Source: a virus. From it: a stretch of DNA of 64,000 nucleotides. Position 1 is the first letter of the stretch. Each line of letters opens with the position of its first letter. The DNA lies in IMG/VR virus record IMGVR_UViG_3300020176_000010, positions 1 through 64,000 of that record; one strand, 5' to 3'. A program made the translations under genes and the position numbers. The notes beneath the pieces are model-generated. The model was given only the letters and a program-made list of their open reading frames with translations, did not search any database and had not been told where the DNA came from. Shown here piece after piece: positions 27,527-37,353 of this stretch.

Positions 27527-28093
27527 TCACGGATGCGGGTCATACACAAAGTCCTGCTTGCTCTTTGGCTCTTCTGATTTCAGGTGGCGCTCGATCTTCG
27601 CGGTGGCTGTGATGTGCATTCCAGACATGTAGCCATTAATGCTCACGGGGTGTACTGTGATCAGCTTTTGCGAGTCGATGAAGTAGGCCTGTACGCCTCC
27701 TTGCGTGATGATATTCAGCCGACCAAACAGGTCGCCAGGCCCCCACCCCGCGGTGCCGAGATACTGGGTGATAGTGTCGCGAAGCGCTTCGTCAATCTGG
27801 CGCGCGATGCGCATGCCGAGCTGACTTGATATCTCATTGCTGACGTCGACAATACCCCGCGAATTTGGGACGCTCTCGACGCGGAATACTTCAATACCAA
27901 GACCCGCCGCGTACCCCAGAACCCCCTCAACAGCGCGCTGTTCCATGCCCTGCTGAAAAAGAAGAAGCGTCGCGCCGCGGCAGCCGGCCATATCGGATGG
28001 CACTCGCACCATTCGGTATTTCTGTATAAACATCTTCTGCGCAAACATTTCTGCAGTAATCGTGTTCCGCGCGCAAATCAAAAGCTGACTCAT
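27527..28093 (-). CDS. Hypothetical protein
   Basis: 188 aa ORF, GGAG RBS, coupled to neighbours. Confidence 0.6.
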   Translation of the reverse strand: MSQLLICARNTITAEMFAQKMFIQKYRMVRVPSDMAGCRGATLLLFQQGMEQRAVEGVLGYAAGLGIEVFRVESVPNSRGIVDVSNEISSQLGMRIARQIDEALRDTITQYLGTAGWGPGDLFGRLNIITQGGVQAYFIDSQKLITVHPVSINGYMSGMHITATAKIERHLKSEEPKSKQDFVYDPHP

Positions 28094-28386
28094 AAAACCA
28101 CTCCTTCACTCCATGCGGCCACGTATTCAGCGCCGCGAATGCTGTCCGTCCTGCGCACCATGCGCCACGCTGCGCGCCACGCCTTGCGTCTTGTCGGGTA
28201 CATCTGCATCCAGCCCCAATGGCTGGTGATGCGATGGTCGTGCCCGTCGAAATAGTGCACAGCGCACCAGGTCTCCTTTGTCACGATGCACTCGTACACG
28301 TAGACCAGGTCCGCGTGCCCGCCATGGCCGCGGATCACATCGAGCCGCCACCTTGTGTGGCCCTGCTTAATCCGGCGCCTTGTCAT
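28090..28386 (-). CDS. Hypothetical protein
   Basis: 98 aa with 4-nt overlaps on both sides. Confidence 0.55.
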   Translation of the reverse strand: MTRRRIKQGHTRWRLDVIRGHGGHADLVYVYECIVTKETWCAVHYFDGHDHRITSHWGWMQMYPTRRKAWRAAWRMVRRTDSIRGAEYVAAWSEGVVL

Positions 28387-28979
28387 TTCGGCTGTATGCG
28401 AATACGCCGGTCATCGCCAAGCAGCCTGCGAATTTCATTGAATGCCACCATACGCTCCGATTCGACGTGCCTCGCAACCTTCAGTGCGACGTACCTGTTT
28501 GGCTTTGTTCTCAGCCGCTCCAGATCCTCCATGACGCCAATGAGCTCAATGATCCTGTCTATCTTCTGGTAGTCGCTCTCGTTTCTGCCATCGAGCAGGG
28601 TTGACCTTTCGTTGCCAATCTTCTGCATGCGAGCTTCGAGCATCCTTGCCGCCTCCGCGTCAGCCTTCGCCTTATTCTTCGCGAGAAGCTCTTCGTTGCG
28701 CACGGCGGCTGGCGTCTTTGGCTTGGACTCCTGTGCAGAGGTCTCCTCTGGCGGGTTAAGAACCAGGGACCACACAATGCGTCCGCTGGCACTCTTTGAA
28801 GCCTCTACAACTCCGGCATCAAGTGCTACCTTCATTGCATCAACCAGGTCTTGAGGCCGGTCGATGCAGAGAGCCTCCGCGAGATCCGGGCTTCGCATAG
28901 CGCAGTCGCACTCCCGCAGGTATGCAACCGCGCGGTGCGCGATGGTCCCTGGTTGCAGAATGTTTTCTCCAGTCGCCAT
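28383..28979 (-). CDS. Hypothetical protein with N-terminal winged-helix-like region
   Basis: 198 aa; AVAYLR...MRSPDLAEAL...L..G.V pattern. Confidence 0.55.
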   Translation of the reverse strand: MATGENILQPGTIAHRAVAYLRECDCAMRSPDLAEALCIDRPQDLVDAMKVALDAGVVEASKSASGRIVWSLVLNPPEETSAQESKPKTPAAVRNEELLAKNKAKADAEAARMLEARMQKIGNERSTLLDGRNESDYQKIDRIIELIGVMEDLERLRTKPNRYVALKVARHVESERMVAFNEIRRLLGDDRRIRIQPK

Positions 28980-28990
28980 TGCCTTAGCCC

Positions 28991-29938
28991 TTACGCTTGA
29001 GTGGATGCCGCAGCTTCAGCAGCGCTGGCTACGCCGCTTTCCGCCTCGCCCCCAAGAGCTTCGATCAGGTCTGGGATGAGCTTTACCAGCTCGCCTGTTG
29101 CAATCGCCACGTCAGTGTCAAAACCGCCGTCATCGACTTTAGCGCCCTCAAACACGGCGTCCAGGAACTGCAGCCTCTTCAGCTGACAGCCCTCGGTCAG
29201 CATGAACGAGACGCGGTCGCCCCAGGTCAGTGCCAGCTTGGTTGGCAGCTTGCCATGCTGGATGTGCTGCTGCACTTCGGCAATGTCCAGCGGGTGGCGG
29301 CCGTAGCGCACCACGGCCTTGCTTTCATCGCAGGCCTTCAGCTCACACTCGCGGTCAATGGTGAAGCTGTGCATCTCGTAGAGGTCGTCATCTCCGCCAG
29401 ACAGCCAGTGCGCCATGGCGGCCTGCGGGCTTGTTTGCGTGCTGAGCAGCGACAGAGATAGACCGGGGATCGCATCAACCAATAGCGTCACGATCTCGTC
29501 GGCGCGGCTTTGGCTGGATGCATCAACCAGCAGTGTGCGCGCAGCAGGGTCGATCCACACCCAGGTGCTTGCCTGCTTCGTGAATGCGTACGGCAGCAGG
29601 TCGAGCAGAGCCTCTTCCTTGAGCTCCTTGGTCTCTTTGCGGCCAGGCTTGCGGCCAGTTTCTTTCTCGATGAGTGCGACCTTCTCCGCAACCTTGCGAG
29701 CCAGCACAGAGCCTGGCACAACCTTGGCCTCCGACATGAAGCGCAGGATCCACTGGCCAGCAACACTCTCAATGAGTGCTCCGTTCTTGTCGCCGCGCGG
29801 CGGAATCCACCCGTAGGACTTCTGCTGGGTTGCGCCGCACTCCAGGAACGGAGCCTTGGCCAGAGAGCTCTCGATGGCGCTTAGGTCATCGCCCACAAGA
29901 CTGTTGGCGATGCGATAAATGATTGCTTGTTTGAACAC
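28991..29938 (-). CDS. rdgC: Recombination-associated protein RdgC
   Basis: MFKQAIIYR, GWIPPRG, LLPYAF, LALTWGDRVSFMLTE, FDTDVAIATGEL; AGGAG RBS. Confidence 0.9.
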   Translation of the reverse strand: MFKQAIIYRIANSLVGDDLSAIESSLAKAPFLECGATQQKSYGWIPPRGDKNGALIESVAGQWILRFMSEAKVVPGSVLARKVAEKVALIEKETGRKPGRKETKELKEEALLDLLPYAFTKQASTWVWIDPAARTLLVDASSQSRADEIVTLLVDAIPGLSLSLLSTQTSPQAAMAHWLSGGDDDLYEMHSFTIDRECELKACDESKAVVRYGRHPLDIAEVQQHIQHGKLPTKLALTWGDRVSFMLTEGCQLKRLQFLDAVFEGAKVDDGGFDTDVAIATGELVKLIPDLIEALGGEAESGVASAAEAAASTQA

Positions 29939-29942
29939 TTGA

Positions 29943-30140
29943 TTACTCCTTGTTGCTTACTTCTGGAACCTGTGTTGCCGCCTCTTTTTGGTGTGCGCTC
30001 AGCTTGAGCTGCTCGCGCAGCCTGTAGATCATCGCCTCACGCTCGAGCAGCATTTTTTCTTGCACGCTGATGTGCCGCGTTGCCATTGCCAGCGAATTCT
30101 TCAGGGCCCGAAGGCGCTTCGTCGTGATGACGGTGATCAC
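29943..30140 (-). CDS. Hypothetical protein
   Basis: 65 aa, GGAGG RBS. Confidence 0.5.
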   Translation of the reverse strand: MITVITTKRLRALKNSLAMATRHISVQEKMLLEREAMIYRLREQLKLSAHQKEAATQVPEVSNKE

Positions 30141-30141
30141 G

Positions 30142-30498
30142 TCAGCCTCCGTTCATCTTCTTGATGAATTCCGCGTACAGGTCGCCGAGCGTTTTTGCGA
30201 TCGACCCAACCTCTTCTGCCTGCTTCTCCTCAAATCCAGAACCAAGAAGTGCAGCCGATGAGGAAGCGCTTTCGGCAAGGATGATGATGCCTGGAATCTC
30301 TGGTAGATCATCCAAGACACACCTGCCCTCATTCTCGAGCTTCGAAGTCATTGATGCCAAAGCGAACATCATCTGATGCATGTTGAAGATGATCGAAACA
30401 GCTGTCACAAACTGCTCGCCCTTGATCTTCCGTGTGTTGCTTACGATTTCGTTCACAGATTCATGGAAGTCGTGCTTGATCTTTTCCGGGTTGCTCAT
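30142..30498 (-). CDS. Hypothetical protein
   Basis: AGGAG RBS before MSNPEK; downstream of predicted promoter. Confidence 0.6.
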   Translation of the reverse strand: MSNPEKIKHDFHESVNEIVSNTRKIKGEQFVTAVSIIFNMHQMMFALASMTSKLENEGRCVLDDLPEIPGIIILAESASSSAALLGSGFEEKQAEEVGSIAKTLGDLYAEFIKKMNGG

Positions 30499-30521
30499 TG
30501 AATCTCCTTTTGATGGCGCCA

Positions 30522-30550
30522 ATTATCACACGAAAAGTTGGCGCCACAAC
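30522..30550 (-). promoter_or_regulatory. Leftward promoter with GTTG-N6-CAAC operator
   Basis: GATAAT -10 on minus strand, 9 nt from palindrome GTTGgcgccaCAAC. Confidence 0.55.
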
Positions 30551-30584
30551 AAAAACTTGCGTTCGTGGCGCAAAAAAGCAACGG

Positions 30585-31226
30585 CTATTTCGGCAGCTGC
30601 TCCTTGAACCAGCTGTCGTATGCGATATGCACGCCTGCCAGGTAGTTGATCGCACCAAGGATCTCCGCCTGGGCCCGGCCATCCTGCAGGCGGCGCGACT
30701 CGCCAGCCTTCTTGGAGGCCTGGTACAGCATGCCATCAACGCTGCCGAGTGTGCGGCTGATGGAGCTCATCGGCTGATCCTCGAACTGCACGCCAGCGCT
30801 TGCGTGGCGGTCCTTGCCCTTGCCATTGGCGGCCTGATCCAGTGCTGCCACCAGAACGTTCAGCAGCTTCTCGTAGCCCTTTGGCACCTCGATCGTCAGC
30901 ATGCTGCGGTCAGGCTTGCTGGCAATGTCGACGCCAAAGGCGACTGGCTTGACTTCTTCGCCCTCTTGCTCTGCGGGTGTCTCGACACTCTTCGCCGGCT
31001 CATCTGGCAGCAGGTGGGTAAGGTCGTCTGAACTGTCCCCGGCATCACCGAGGTCGCCCCACGCCTTGCCGTTTTTTCCGCAGCTGCCAACATCCTCGCC
31101 AGTGCGGTCGCTCAAAAGATTTACCGGGAAGTCATGATGACCATCGATCGAACCAATCCGAACAACATCACCACAGCGCGTGCGCCACCGCTGCCCAACA
31201 GCGATCTCAATTCCGTTTACTGCCAT
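30585..31226 (-). CDS. Conserved phage protein (GKGKDRH-type C-terminal domain)
   Basis: GAGG RBS; ALDQAANGKGKDRHA...YQASKK..ES...EILGAINYLA. Confidence 0.6.
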   Translation of the reverse strand: MAVNGIEIAVGQRWRTRCGDVVRIGSIDGHHDFPVNLLSDRTGEDVGSCGKNGKAWGDLGDAGDSSDDLTHLLPDEPAKSVETPAEQEGEEVKPVAFGVDIASKPDRSMLTIEVPKGYEKLLNVLVAALDQAANGKGKDRHASAGVQFEDQPMSSISRTLGSVDGMLYQASKKAGESRRLQDGRAQAEILGAINYLAGVHIAYDSWFKEQLPK

Positions 31227-31228
31227 AG

Positions 31229-31399
31229 CTACTTCCTCTTCGAATTGAATAGGCGCCAGCATGCTGCGCAGCGCCACTTGCCAGGCGTCAGCTCGACGCC
31301 GCTTGCCTGCTCCTTTTTCTCGCCACACTGCACGCATTCGCGAAGTGGGCGAGCATCACGGAGCGACCCATCAAGAGCGTGATACTGGTGATGGGCCAT
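31229..31399 (-). CDS. Small zinc-finger protein
   Basis: CVQC...CAAC. Confidence 0.45.
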   Translation of the reverse strand: MAHHQYHALDGSLRDARPLRECVQCGEKKEQASGVELTPGKWRCAACWRLFNSKRK

Positions 31400-31403
31400 G
31401 GCG

Positions 31404-32096
31404 TTAGAACGACTTGCCGCCCTCTGTTGTGCGGTTCTCGATCTTGTGATCTGGCCGGTGAGCGTTGTAGCGAATCTTTTCTGCAATTGCGCCGCCGAGA
31501 TCCATTTCCAATCCGCCCGCCAGATCGCAAATGCGAATGACAGCATCTGCCAGCTCAACCTCCAGCATTGGGCGGTGCGGCAGCTTGTCGTCCATCAGGC
31601 CCTTGCGGTGGCCCTCCAGACCTTCGGAGACCTCGCTGTGCACCAGGGCCAGCTTGGTGCCAATCCACAGGCTGAGGAACTTCGTAGGCCACAGGCGCAC
31701 ATCCTCGCCGGTCTCTGTGTCTTTCCACCAGCCGGAGCTTGCTGCAGCGCCGTGGCACACGGCCACCAGCAGGTTGCCTGAGTTGGCCACATCGTCTGAC
31801 GATACATCGGCAGAGCCTTTGTTCTCTGTCACGGAGCCGAGCAACGAGAGCAGCATGTTGTAGGCGTACTGCATGTCCGTGGCGCGCTCGTCGTCATCGA
31901 ACTTGATGTCGCTCAACAGGTCCGCGGCGATGCCCAGGCGGTCGGCTGCAGGCGATTGATCCTTCACTGCGGTGACGTACGCCTTGACCAGCTCCTCTGC
32001 ATCGGTGATGTCGATGCTGGACTTGCGTGGGCTGAGAACGATGGAGGCAGCAACTGCGTGCTGCAAGGCGGTCTGGCTGATTGGTGCGTGGTTCAT
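31404..32096 (-). CDS. MazG-like nucleotide pyrophosphohydrolase domain protein
   Basis: LALVHSEVSEGLEGHRK...EVELADAVIRICDLAG...K..YN. Confidence 0.8.
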   Translation of the reverse strand: MNHAPISQTALQHAVAASIVLSPRKSSIDITDAEELVKAYVTAVKDQSPAADRLGIAADLLSDIKFDDDERATDMQYAYNMLLSLLGSVTENKGSADVSSDDVANSGNLLVAVCHGAAASSGWWKDTETGEDVRLWPTKFLSLWIGTKLALVHSEVSEGLEGHRKGLMDDKLPHRPMLEVELADAVIRICDLAGGLEMDLGGAIAEKIRYNAHRPDHKIENRTTEGGKSF

Positions 32097-32287
32097 TGTG
32101 TGTCCTTGTCGTCCGTTCTGGACGTGAGATTGAAATTGGGGCCGAACTCAAGGCCATCGCGCGGACTGGCTGTGATTCGGTTGCGGTGGGTGCAGTCCAC
32201 GTGGCTGCACTCCCATGTTGCATTGCTTCCAAGAGGCTTCCCTGCGGAGGCCTTCTTGCTGCAAATGGCGCACTGCTGCTGTTGCAT
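32093..32287 (-). CDS. Small Cys-containing hypothetical protein
   Basis: CAIC...CSHVDC; coupled overlaps. Confidence 0.45.
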   Translation of the reverse strand: MQQQQCAICSKKASAGKPLGSNATWECSHVDCTHRNRITASPRDGLEFGPNFNLTSRTDDKDTQ

Positions 32288-32508
32288 CAGCGCAGCGTGG
32301 CGAGGCCCAGGCGATGCTTCTCTGCCTTACGCGTCAGCTTGCTGCCTGCTGGGCGCTTAGGGCCCTTGGTGCGCGAGCGGAAGACGTACCCGCCACGTGA
32401 GTTGACGGGCGCAGGGCCAAATGGCGTGAAGCCGAGTGGGTTGAGAGATGTCGGCGCACCGACGCCAAACATGGCCGCAATGGATGCAAGGATGGTTGCT
32501 GCTTTCAT
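32287..32508 (-). CDS. Hypothetical protein
   Basis: Short ORF, stop overlaps next start. Confidence 0.45.
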   Translation of the reverse strand: MKAATILASIAAMFGVGAPTSLNPLGFTPFGPAPVNSRGGYVFRSRTKGPKRPAGSKLTRKAEKHRLGLATLR

Positions 32509-32580
32509 GGGTACTGCTTTCAAAAGTTGATGGGCCGAAGCCCATATTCTAACGCAAGTTTTTGTTGCTACTGCAGAAAA

Positions 32581-33150
32581 TCAGAAGGGGACATCTTGGT
32601 CAAAATCATCAAACCCACTTCCACCACCGCCGCCTCCGCCGTAGTTCTGCTGCTGGCCCTGCTGTTGGCGCTGCTGCCCGCCCTGCTGTCGCTGATGCGG
32701 CACGCCGTACCCGCCGCCACTCCCTTGGGGTGCCTGGCGCTGCTGCTGCCGCTGCTGGCCGCCGCCGTAGCCGTCATCATAGCCACCGCCATCGCCACCG
32801 CGGCCGCCGCCGTCTTGGCGCGGGCCCAGCATCTGCATCTGGCCGGCGCGGATCTCGGTGCTGTACTTTTCAACGCCGGACTGGTCCGTCCACTTGCGGG
32901 TGCGCAGGCTGCCTTCCACGTACACCTGCGAGCCCTTGCGCAGGTACTGGTTTGCGATTTCGGCCAGCTTGCCGTTGAATACGATGCGCACCCACTCGGT
33001 GTGCTCCTTATGCTCGCCGGTTTGTTTATCCTTCCATTTCTCCGTGGTGGCCACGGTGATGTTGCAAACCATGTCACCCGAAGGGAACGTCCTTGCTTCT
33101 GGGTCGCGGCCAAGGTTGCCGATGATTTGAACCTTATTCAGACTTGCCAT
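32581..33150 (-). CDS. ssb: Single-stranded DNA-binding protein
   Basis: [18 protein letters not shown]...[12 protein letters not shown]...DFDQDVPF. Confidence 0.95.
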   Translation of the reverse strand: MASLNKVQIIGNLGRDPEARTFPSGDMVCNITVATTEKWKDKQTGEHKEHTEWVRIVFNGKLAEIANQYLRKGSQVYVEGSLRTRKWTDQSGVEKYSTEIRAGQMQMLGPRQDGGGRGGDGGGYDDGYGGGQQRQQQRQAPQGSGGGYGVPHQRQQGGQQRQQQGQQQNYGGGGGGGSGFDDFDQDVPF

Positions 33151-33607
33151 TTCTCTTCACTCCGTTTTTTATTGCGATCCGTCCAGCGTACTGCCGACTG
33201 ATTCCAAACTGCCTTCCAATATCTGCGTACGGGACCCCATTCCTTGCCAGCTCAACGATCGCTAACTCGTCTTCAGCGCCGATGACTGTGTGCGGCAACA
33301 TGAATCCCTTTGCTTGGCGCCCTTTCTTCACGGCGTCCTGCATGTTCTCCTTTCTCGTTCCGGCGAATAGATGGAGCGGGTTGATGCACTTTCTGTTGTC
33401 GCACAGATGGCACACATCAAGCCCATCAGGTATTTCCCCGTTGACAAGCCTGTATATGTGCCGATGTGCCCCATCAGCCTTTCGGTTGACTGTCGCCCTG
33501 GCGTAGCCGTTGCCTTGGACGCACCCCGTGTACTCCATACACCCGGCTTCTGTTGTTACTGTTTTCCTCAGCAGCGTCGCCGCGCTGCCGCAAACATCAA
33601 GCAGCAC
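33134..33607 (-). CDS. HNH endonuclease
   Basis: AHRHIY....[28 protein letters not shown]. Confidence 0.85.
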   Translation of the reverse strand: MLLDVCGSAATLLRKTVTTEAGCMEYTGCVQGNGYARATVNRKADGAHRHIYRLVNGEIPDGLDVCHLCDNRKCINPLHLFAGTRKENMQDAVKKGRQAKGFMLPHTVIGAEDELAIVELARNGVPYADIGRQFGISRQYAGRIAIKNGVKRNGKSE

Positions 33608-33617
33608 AACCGAATCG

Positions 33618-33887
33618 CTACAGCGTTTCGTTCAGGTTCTTGCTGGGGCGAAACTTCGCCACCCGCTTGGCCTTGATCTTGATTGGATCGCCAGTGCCAG
33701 GGTTGCGGCCGGTGCGCGCAGCACGCTTTGCCAGCTCGAATGTCCCGAAGTTTGTGATGCTCACACTGCCGCCGCGGCGCAGCGACTTCTTTGTGCGCTC
33801 CACAAAGGAATCGAGCATGCGCGCGGCCACTGCCTTGCTCACATCCGCGTCCGCGGCGATTGCCCCGATCAGTTCTGACTTGTTCAT
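33618..33887 (-). CDS. HU-family DNA-binding protein
   Basis: MNKSELIGAIA...FGTF....RAARTGRNPGTG..IKI.A.....F.P. Confidence 0.9.
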   Translation of the reverse strand: MNKSELIGAIAADADVSKAVAARMLDSFVERTKKSLRRGGSVSITNFGTFELAKRAARTGRNPGTGDPIKIKAKRVAKFRPSKNLNETL

Positions 33888-33915
33888 TGCTTGCTTCTTT
33901 CTGCCCTGCGGGCGG

Positions 33916-34122
33916 TTACTGCGCACCCTTGCGCATTTTCTTGTAGGCCTTCTTCAGCTGGATCTCCATGCCTCGGACGGTCAGTGGGTTGTTGATCACT
34001 CGGTCGTGCCCTTTGATGTTCGCAATGACGAGCTCTCGCTCGGGTGCTGCGTACATCTGCTGGTCCATGGCCATCTCTTCGCGCGCCAGTTTGCGCAGCC
34101 GCTTGGCCACGCGCCCGCTCAT
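33916..34122 (-). CDS. Hypothetical protein
   Basis: 68 aa, GAGG RBS; MSGRVAKRLRK. Confidence 0.55.
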   Translation of the reverse strand: MSGRVAKRLRKLAREEMAMDQQMYAAPERELVIANIKGHDRVINNPLTVRGMEIQLKKAYKKMRKGAQ

Positions 34123-34169
34123 TTGAGAACCTCGCTCTTTTTCATCTGCTACTTTCGACGATATTGAAA

Positions 34170-35078
34170 CTATGCCAGCAGCAGGGCCGCCAGCGGTGAA
34201 GAAAGCTGCGCAGGGGCCGCAGCTGCAGCCTGACTCACAACAGCCCGCGGCTCAAGGTCCGTGGGCGCATCGGTCGACAGGATGTTTGAGTTCAGTCCGT
34301 CGCGACGGAATGGCTTGGACCAGAACTTAATGGCCTCCTCGACGCGCGCATTGAATGCCATGAGCTCCATCTCCATCTTCTCGATGAAGTTGTCGTCTCG
34401 GTACACCCGCTTGACCAGGAGCTCGTTGCGCACGTTCTTGAGCTGCGGCATCCAGATGATGTTGTCAACCCACTCCCACCCGCGGATCCACATTCCGCCC
34501 TGCACCTGGTGCTCGTACTCAGAAAGGTCGAGGCTCTGGACCATCTCGCGCAGCTTTGCCGTGCTGGACGGCGTCTTGATCTCGATGCCGCCGTTCTGGC
34601 CGCGCACCTTGCCATCAGTGCTGTAGCCGAACAGTCGATCTTCGGTGAGCGCGATACCGCTCTCCACAATCTCGACGTCGTACAGCTCCTCGTAGCGAGC
34701 GCGGGCCCACATCTCCTCCTCATTGCCGCGGCGCATAGCCTGCGTCTGGTAGGTATCGCCGTATGGTTTGCCGCTGATGCGCTCGAACGCGAGCTCGTCG
34801 CAGTAGGCGATCGACGCACTGCTTGGGCCGACTGTTGGCTTGCCAGCCAGCGCGTCCGCCACAGACTGAGCTTTGGGGTCAGCCTTGTAGCCGGCGATTG
34901 CGCGAGCCTCAGCCTTGTCCTTGCCAGCCAGGATGGCGTCGACATAGGCGCGCTGCTTATCGTCCAGCGTGGACACCGTGGAGATGGCGGTGCTGAACAT
35001 GCTCGCGGTAATCACACCGACGCGCGCCAAATGCCACTCTGGAGTCCCTTGTTCACACTCGATGATGTGGTAGCTCAT
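34170..35078 (-). CDS. YqaJ/lambda-exonuclease family protein
   Basis: EQGTPEWHLARVGVITAS...M.RG..EE..AR...STDG...IEIK.P...QVQGGMW. Confidence 0.85.
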   Translation of the reverse strand: MSYHIIECEQGTPEWHLARVGVITASMFSTAISTVSTLDDKQRAYVDAILAGKDKAEARAIAGYKADPKAQSVADALAGKPTVGPSSASIAYCDELAFERISGKPYGDTYQTQAMRRGNEEEMWARARYEELYDVEIVESGIALTEDRLFGYSTDGKVRGQNGGIEIKTPSSTAKLREMVQSLDLSEYEHQVQGGMWIRGWEWVDNIIWMPQLKNVRNELLVKRVYRDDNFIEKMEMELMAFNARVEEAIKFWSKPFRRDGLNSNILSTDAPTDLEPRAVVSQAAAAAPAQLSSPLAALLLA

Positions 35079-36004
35079 TTCGATGACCCTTCTGCATCAA
35101 TGACAATCCCAAGCTCCTGGCGGCGCTTCAGCACCGCCGCGCGGATGCGGTCGTACGCGCCCTTGTCGCGCGCCTCGCTTGCGGCTGTAAGGCCCTCCTT
35201 GCGGATGGCGTCGATCTCCTTGCCGCTCTCTGCGCCGTCGAGTCGAGCAAGAATGTTGCCGACATTGAATGCTGGCCGATCCGGCTCGATGACCTGCTCG
35301 GACGCGAAGTCGATACCCTCTCCGCCGTCGGTGTTGAGGTGGTGCACAGCCTTGTCCAGGCGCTCGGTCTTTGGCCACATCTTTGATGCGCGCTTCACCA
35401 GCGTCTTCTTCACCATCTCGCTGTAGTCCGTCACCCATGGGCATGGACGCTTCTTTGCGATCCAGGCCTGCCACGCATCAGACCGATCGCGGATGGCATT
35501 GACCTCGTCGATGGACATGGTGTCTGTGAGGTAGTCGCCGTCAGCGGTCTTTGCCACGCAGTACACGCCAACGATGTCGCCGCGATCTTTGGCGAACGGG
35601 TCGAACTCATGGACCGGCGGCTTGTCGACGCCCTTCAGAATCAGGCGGTCCGCCTGACGAACAACCTCGCACTTCACCCAGCGGATAGACCCGCTCTCGA
35701 CAGCCAGGTCGGCAAGCCCCATGTAGGAGATCACGAGCGTGATTCCACCCTTTCGCGGCACCAGGTAGGCTTGCTTCTTTGCAGGGTTCAGCGAGATACC
35801 GATGGCAGCGACATTAATCACCGCATCGCGCACCGACTGCGGGTTCTTCAGCGCGATCTGGCGCGCATAGTCGTTGCTGTAGATGGACTGCAGCGCAAAC
35901 TCCTGCTCGCGCGCAAACTCGATTGTCTTGTCGACGCGGACCCTTTCGAATACCGGCGCGGCAGAGTCGATGATCGACTCGATCGTCATTACTTCGTTGC
36001 TCAT
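35075..36004 (-). CDS. recT: RecT-family single-strand annealing protein
   Basis: GISLNPAKKQAYLVP...ISYMGL...GVYCVAK...PW.TD..EMVKKT..KRA.K.WP. Confidence 0.85.
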   Translation of the reverse strand: MSNEVMTIESIIDSAAPVFERVRVDKTIEFAREQEFALQSIYSNDYARQIALKNPQSVRDAVINVAAIGISLNPAKKQAYLVPRKGGITLVISYMGLADLAVESGSIRWVKCEVVRQADRLILKGVDKPPVHEFDPFAKDRGDIVGVYCVAKTADGDYLTDTMSIDEVNAIRDRSDAWQAWIAKKRPCPWVTDYSEMVKKTLVKRASKMWPKTERLDKAVHHLNTDGGEGIDFASEQVIEPDRPAFNVGNILARLDGAESGKEIDAIRKEGLTAASEARDKGAYDRIRAAVLKRRQELGIVIDAEGSSK

Positions 36005-36020
36005 GGATTGCTCCGCTTTC

Positions 36021-37259
36021 TCAGAATGGAACTTGCATGTCGACGCTCAGCTTTCGCAGGTCCATCGACATGAGCCAATCGAGGGCAACCGCCTCCGACA
36101 CCTTGTAGGCATTAGCCATTACGCGAAGGATGTCTGCGTCGGATGGGCGGCCTGGCAACTCAGCCGCTGGATCCGAATCAACGGTCTCGCGCACAGGCTG
36201 GTCGACAGCCTGCTCAACCGCGTGCGATGGCTTTGCTGACTCCTCGGCAGCCTTTTGTGCGCGCCCAGCCTCTTCGGCCTCGGCGCGCTTGCGCTCGCGC
36301 AGCTCGACCTCCTGCTTGCGGACGGCCTCGCGCTCTGCATTCAAGCGATCCTGCTCTTCGCGCAGCACGCGCTCAGCCTCGGCGCGCTCTGCTGCGAATG
36401 CGTCCTGTTGAGCCTTCAGCTGGGCGGCCGCGTCGGCGGCATCGCGCGCAGCCTTGTCTGCTGCTTGGCGGCGCTGCTCTTCTGCCAAGATCTGCGCGTT
36501 GCGCGCCTCTTCCTCTTGCCGCTGGCGCGCCTCATCCAGTTCGCGCTGCTGGGCGGCGATGCGCTCGCGCTCTGCCGCGGCCAGCGCTTCCTGCTCTGCG
36601 CGGGCTTCTTCGATGGCCTTGCGCTCTGCATCGAGTCGGGCGGCCTCCTGCTCGCGGCCGAGCACAGAGTCGCGCACCTCCGTGAGCTTGACCTTCATCT
36701 GGTCAACCAGCGCAACAGCCTCTTCCAGAAACTCTGCGAAGCGCTCCTCGTTGATTGGCATGGCTCCGAGGTCTGCAATGACCGCAGAGATCTGGGCACT
36801 GTTCATGTTAATGACGGCGAGCGGCAGGCCTGCAATCACGGCGATGCGGTCGCGGATGGTCTTCACACGCGCAGCCTCGGCCTCTGCTTTGGCTTTTCGC
36901 TCCGCTTCGCGCCGAGCCTCGTCTGCAACGATCTGCTCATCGATCGGCTTCTCGAGTTTTTCGACTTCGTCCTTGATGAACTTAACCTTTTCGCGAGCCA
37001 GGCGCTGCTGCTCTAGCACAGGCTTGTTCCACTCGGAGTAGGCCTTATCGGCGCTTGTGCGAATGCGGACAAGTTCGGCGCGAGCTTGGCGCGCCTCTTT
37101 GTCGCCCTTGGTGGTGGTCAGGTCGAACACCGCGTTCTGGTACTTTGTGCGTGCGTCGTTGAGGATGGTCTCGATTGGATCGAGAACGGTCAGCGCGCCC
37201 TTGAAAGAAACCACTTCTTCCGCCGACTGCTCGCCGGCGGGTGCTGCTTCAGATGTCAT
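36021..37259 (-). CDS. Coiled-coil protein of recombination operon
   Basis: AGGAG RBS; long E/A/R/Q-rich helical sequence. Confidence 0.7.
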   Translation of the reverse strand: MTSEAAPAGEQSAEEVVSFKGALTVLDPIETILNDARTKYQNAVFDLTTTKGDKEARQARAELVRIRTSADKAYSEWNKPVLEQQRLAREKVKFIKDEVEKLEKPIDEQIVADEARREAERKAKAEAEAARVKTIRDRIAVIAGLPLAVINMNSAQISAVIADLGAMPINEERFAEFLEEAVALVDQMKVKLTEVRDSVLGREQEAARLDAERKAIEEARAEQEALAAAERERIAAQQRELDEARQRQEEEARNAQILAEEQRRQAADKAARDAADAAAQLKAQQDAFAAERAEAERVLREEQDRLNAEREAVRKQEVELRERKRAEAEEAGRAQKAAEESAKPSHAVEQAVDQPVRETVDSDPAAELPGRPSDADILRVMANAYKVSEAVALDWLMSMDLRKLSVDMQVPF

Positions 37260-37296
37260 TTGATCTCCTGTTAACCGATGCGTGTCGGCAGGAGAA

Positions 37297-37325
37297 ATTA
37301 TAGCGGCAGTTGTTGGTGACACAAC
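37297..37325 (-). promoter_or_regulatory. Leftward promoter with GTTG-N6-CAAC operator
   Basis: Perfect TATAAT on minus strand (37297-37302); GTTGgtgacaCAAC. Confidence 0.65.
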
Positions 37326-37353
37326 AAAAAGTTGCGCCACCGTCGCAAAAAAA

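Larger units (their letters stand above)
25937..27543 (-). pseudogene. AP2-domain DNA-binding protein gene interrupted by IS (5' piece 27526-27543, 3' piece 25937-26152)
   Basis: Removing the IS joins ATG ACC CGC ATC CGT GAC to AAG TCC CAG, giving MTRIRDKSQNAQN...SGLLGVYW....W.AKV...G.Y...E.AH.AY; AGGA RBS upstream. Confidence 0.7.

Noticed and set aside
32640-32820. Gly/Gln-rich low-complexity repeat
   Set aside because: Ordinary disordered SSB linker
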